Below are positions 26,400-29,744 of a stretch of DNA of 29,744 bases, one piece after another. The notes below the pieces were generated by a model. It saw only the letters and a program-made list of their open reading frames with translations, did no database searches and was not told the origin of the DNA. The stretch is taken from the NCBI GenBank assembly GCA_039802265.1, contig JBDRWI010000025.1, positions 1 through 29,744 of the forward strand, read 5' to 3'. Source of the DNA: a candidate division WOR-3 bacterium (GTDB lineage: Bacteria > Hydrothermota > Tepidihabitantia > SM23-42 > JAOAFX01). The translations under genes were made by a program, and so were the position numbers. The stretch's first letter is position 1, and every line of letters starts with the position of its first letter.

Positions 26400-29300
26400 A
26401 TGTGGGCAAAAATATTTATTTTTGTTTTGACACTTAACACATTGCTCGGGCAATCTAATATGTATGTATCTGGGGTAGCAGTGGTAAGGTTTCGCAGAGG
26501 AGTTGTAGATTTACCATTGGATAATGAAAAAGGCGGTTTAGAAGTCATTCAGGACACGGTGATCCGTGGATTTCTTGCCAGGCACAATTTCATTGAGATA
26601 GAGAGGGCTATCACAGATTTCTCGCCTGCGGAAACTTTGACGACCCTGGAGAATGGTGAGATAGTTAAGGTCCCCGATTTTTCGTTAATCTTTAAACTTA
26701 AATTCCCAATTGAGACAGATGTAATATCTTTATGTGATACACTCAGAGACCTCCCTAATATTGAATGGGTACATCCCGATTTTTATTTGATGTTAAATGG
26801 TGATCCTAATGACGTAAGATTTCCAGAGCAGTGGGCATTATTCCGTATAGGTTGTCCCAACGCATGGAACTATGAAGTGGGAAGATCAAATGTGAAAATA
26901 GCAATAATTGATAATGGTATAAAATATGACCATCCTGACCTTGGCGGTGGTTTTGGCTCAGGATTTAAAGTTGTGGGCGGATACGATTTTATTGATAATG
27001 ATAATGACCCTTACGACCCGGGAGCATTTCCGCACGGCACTCATGTTGCAGGGATTGCAAGCGCGCTTACCAATAATAATATCGGTATTGCCGGAATCTC
27101 AGGAGGCTGGGGGAGTTCAAATAAAGGTTGTCTCTTGTATGCTTGTAGAAGTGGTACTTCTACACAGATAGCTAGCGCGATAATCAAAGCTGCGAAACCT
27201 GTTAGTCAAGGTGGTTATGGGTGTCGTGTGCTGAACTGTAGCATGGGGTGGCCTTATGAGAGCGGTTTTTATCCCATACCAATCGTTGAGAGGGAGGCAT
27301 TAATCTATGCGTATAAGTGCCAAAGAAATTTTGTAGCTGCAAAAGGCAATAGATTTTATGATAACTACTATGAAAGGTGGTGGACACCGCCATTTATCAA
27401 TTTCCCGTCAGATTTCGAACCCCACTTGGTGCTTTCAGTTGGTGCTACGGGTGCTGATGACTATCGTTGCTCATGGAGTAATTATGGAAATGGTATTGAT
27501 GTTGTTGCACCAGGTGAAGATATCCTGAGCACTTGGATGCCGAGCGGAAATGAAATGTACCACCTAGCTTCAGGCACATCTATGGCTACCCCCCATGTTT
27601 CCGGTCTCGCAAGTCTAATTTGGTCCGAAGCCCAAGAATTGGGTATCCCATTGTTACCAGAAGAAGTAGAAGGAATTATTTGTGCTTCAGCGCGGGATGA
27701 TATACCACTTACCCCGCCCGGATACGACGATGAGTATGGGTGGGGAAGGATACAGGCCGACCGAGCATTAGCTATGCTGCATTATCCGTATCGTATTGAG
27801 ATACACACTGCGAATTGGCAATCAGGCAATCCTTACATAAATTATTTCCCCTACGCTAATGCACTTGAAATAAGAGAGCATTGGGTGTATCCTGATGGCA
27901 CATACGAATGTGATAACATTCGAAAATTGAAAATACCATTACCGCAACCATCAGCTGCCTGGGTAAAACCCTTCTTGGTAGGGCTCAGGGGCGATCCATA
28001 TACCGGAAGCGCCACCGTGGGATACTCTTTTAGCCCATATTACACCAAAGTTGAGAGAATTCTTTTCGGCTTTTATCTCCATTGTGAACCTTACGCTGGC
28101 ATTACCAAGGATGGGAATAATTGGTATGGAATTACATACACCTACCACATCAAATTGCCTAATAATGTCTGGGATTGGATCCCTGCCTATCCAAATCAGT
28201 GCTTAATTCATTATGCGATTATCGGAGCATATCTTTATCCACCCAATCTGCAAAAAATTTATTTCGTTACGCCATCAACTATGCGAATTCAATGGCTATA
28301 CCAGCATGGAGTTGAAGATGGTTTCTATCTTGAGAAAAAAGTTGGTGAAGGTGCATGGACAGTGGTAGATGGACATATCCCACCAAGTTCCAATCCTTAC
28401 ATACCTGTTCCTGTATACTTTGATGATCAAGACTTTGTAGAAGGTCAGATTTACCATTATAGAGTCTATGCAACCCACGGCACACAGAATCGTTCTGATT
28501 ATTCGCAGGTATTATCCAAGTTTTCGATTAGACCCCCTTCTGAATTTTCAGTCTCTCAGCCGACACCCACTACTGTGCTACTGCGATGGAAAGACAATTC
28601 AGAAATTGAGACTCAATTTCAGATTGCACGAAAGGTAGATAATGGTCCCTGGAACGAGAGTTATAAATTCGTAAGTGCCTCACCGGGGTCAGGTGGAATA
28701 ATCCAGTGGACTGATAATATTGAATTTTTACATAACTATAGCTATAAAGTGCGCGCATACTATAATTCTCAGTATCAATCAGATTGGTGCGATTCTCTTA
28801 CTATAATAGCTCTCCTTGCCCAGTCAGATTATTCAAAAATGTCGGCGTATAATAATGGGGCAAAGGTTGCGAAATATGGGAATAATTTGTATGTGGCGTA
28901 TACAGTGGGAGATTGGGGTTGCGGGACCAGGCATGTTTATTGTCTCCGCTCAACAGATGGTGGGAATAGTTTTGTGCGGGATGAATTGCATAAAATGTAT
29001 GAGGAGGACAATAGAAAGAGCCAGCCCGCTATTGCAATAAGCAATAATGGTATTCCCTATGTAGTTTGGGGCTCAGTATATTGGAGCAGTAGTGGGAAAG
29101 GAACTGCAGGATGGTTTCGCAGTTATTATTGTGCATATTACACGAACAACAACTGGCAAATTGGAGAGATTTACAGTCAAAAATTCAGTGAAGATCCAAA
29201 CTGGACACCGCCTGAAGATTCCATTGGGCATCCATCACTATCTTTGACATCCGATAGTGGGTATGTAGCCTTTAAGTTTAAGCCTCCTATGGGCGGGAAT

Positions 29301-29744
29301 TTACATATTGTGGGGTTCCTACTAAGCGATCCATATTCATCTGCAGATTTAACTGTGCCCAATACATCATCAATAAATGCTCTCCCTTCTATCGGTTATG
29401 ATAAAGGTAATCCGAGTAATCCAGGGGATGGTAGGATTGTGGTTTTAGTGCATGAGTCTCAATATGGTCCTTTGAAATTGTATTATCGAACAATCGGTTC
29501 TACTGACTGGCACCCTGTTCCACTTCCCGATGTTTATGGTAGTTTCGGTTCACCTTCGCTCTGGGCAGGGCAGAATGAGCTGAGGATTACTTTTGAGGGT
29601 GGGAATTATAATACACAACAAGAAGGGCTTTTCTTCTTGCGGATTCCCTGGCAGAATAATACCTATGATGTGAATCAGCCCATTGAATTGGTAAGTAGTA
29701 ATTTTGATTATTACGATGGCATTGAGGGTTATAGTTATCTTGCA
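26400..29744 (+). CDS. Large secreted S8 (subtilisin-like) serine protease with FN3-like and propeller-like C-terminal domains; 3'-truncated by the window
   Basis: Hand translation from the ATG at 26400 (GGAGG SD) stays open to the window end (1115 codons): signal peptide MWAKIFIFVL, IAIIDNG (Asp codon 26910), HGTHVAG (His 27033), AAKGN, GTSMATPHV (Ser 27579), GWGRI, LRWKDNS...YSYKVRAY, RSTDGG. Confidence 0.93.
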   Translation, partial: MWAKIFIFVLTLNTLLGQSNMYVSGVAVVRFRRGVVDLPLDNEKGGLEVIQDTVIRGFLARHNFIEIERAITDFSPAETLTTLENGEIVKVPDFSLIFKLKFPIETDVISLCDTLRDLPNIEWVHPDFYLMLNGDPNDVRFPEQWALFRIGCPNAWNYEVGRSNVKIAIIDNGIKYDHPDLGGGFGSGFKVVGGYDFIDNDNDPYDPGAFPHGTHVAGIASALTNNNIGIAGISGGWGSSNKGCLLYACRSGTSTQIASAIIKAAKPVSQGGYGCRVLNCSMGWPYESGFYPIPIVEREALIYAYKCQRNFVAAKGNRFYDNYYERWWTPPFINFPSDFEPHLVLSVGATGADDYRCSWSNYGNGIDVVAPGEDILSTWMPSGNEMYHLASGTSMATPHVSGLASLIWSEAQELGIPLLPEEVEGIICASARDDIPLTPPGYDDEYGWGRIQADRALAMLHYPYRIEIHTANWQSGNPYINYFPYANALEIREHWVYPDGTYECDNIRKLKIPLPQPSAAWVKPFLVGLRGDPYTGSATVGYSFSPYYTKVERILFGFYLHCEPYAGITKDGNNWYGITYTYHIKLPNNVWDWIPAYPNQCLIHYAIIGAYLYPPNLQKIYFVTPSTMRIQWLYQHGVEDGFYLEKKVGEGAWTVVDGHIPPSSNPYIPVPVYFDDQDFVEGQIYHYRVYATHGTQNRSDYSQVLSKFSIRPPSEFSVSQPTPTTVLLRWKDNSEIETQFQIARKVDNGPWNESYKFVSASPGSGGIIQWTDNIEFLHNYSYKVRAYYNSQYQSDWCDSLTIIALLAQSDYSKMSAYNNGAKVAKYGNNLYVAYTVGDWGCGTRHVYCLRSTDGGNSFVRDELHKMYEEDNRKSQPAIAISNNGIPYVVWGSVYWSSSGKGTAGWFRSYYCAYYTNNNWQIGEIYSQKFSEDPNWTPPEDSIGHPSLSLTSDSGYVAFKFKPPMGGNLHIVGFLLSDPYSSADLTVPNTSSINALPSIGYDKGNPSNPGDGRIVVLVHESQYGPLKLYYRTIGSTDWHPVPLPDVYGSFGSPSLWAGQNELRITFEGGNYNTQQEGLFFLRIPWQNNTYDVNQPIELVSSNFDYYDGIEGYSYLA

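Noticed and set aside
26926..29362. Short ORFs listed inside the S8 region, and similar antisense ORFs in other genes
   Set aside because: Alternative-frame shadows of longer genes with clear motifs.

Overview
Low-GC bacterial chromosome segment from a diderm organism; a T9SS-type sorting domain, the rplM-rpsI-rpsB-tsf-pyrH-frr gene order and lgt suggest an FCB-affiliated lineage such as WOR-3 (inference only). Left to right: the 3' end of a probable IS element; an EF-G paralogue plus lgt behind a highly structured ~250-nt leader; a minus-strand chain hutU > two family-5 solute-binding lipoproteins > HAMP histidine kinase > stand-alone receiver > EAL protein, with no permease or ATPase; the translation cluster; a disrupted CBM9/DUF5916-like outer-membrane gene (two homopolymer frameshifts and one amber); hypB, hypA, a PorZ-like propeller and a Dpm1-like glycosyltransferase; class II ribonucleotide reductase plus a PhzF-family gene; and a TolB-like lipoprotein followed by a large S8 protease that runs off the window and is absent from the ORF track. 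Best candidates for something new: (1) the twin-SBP/kinase/receiver/EAL sensing module, whose first SBP gene is bracketed by an inverted repeat; (2) a family of 9-nt-period leader repeats that folds into a long G-U-compatible hairpin before the EF-G paralogue and shares an exact 14-mer at three leaders; (3) a consensus promoter with T11 in its spacer upstream of the protease cassette. No rRNA, tRNA or CRISPR array was recognised.
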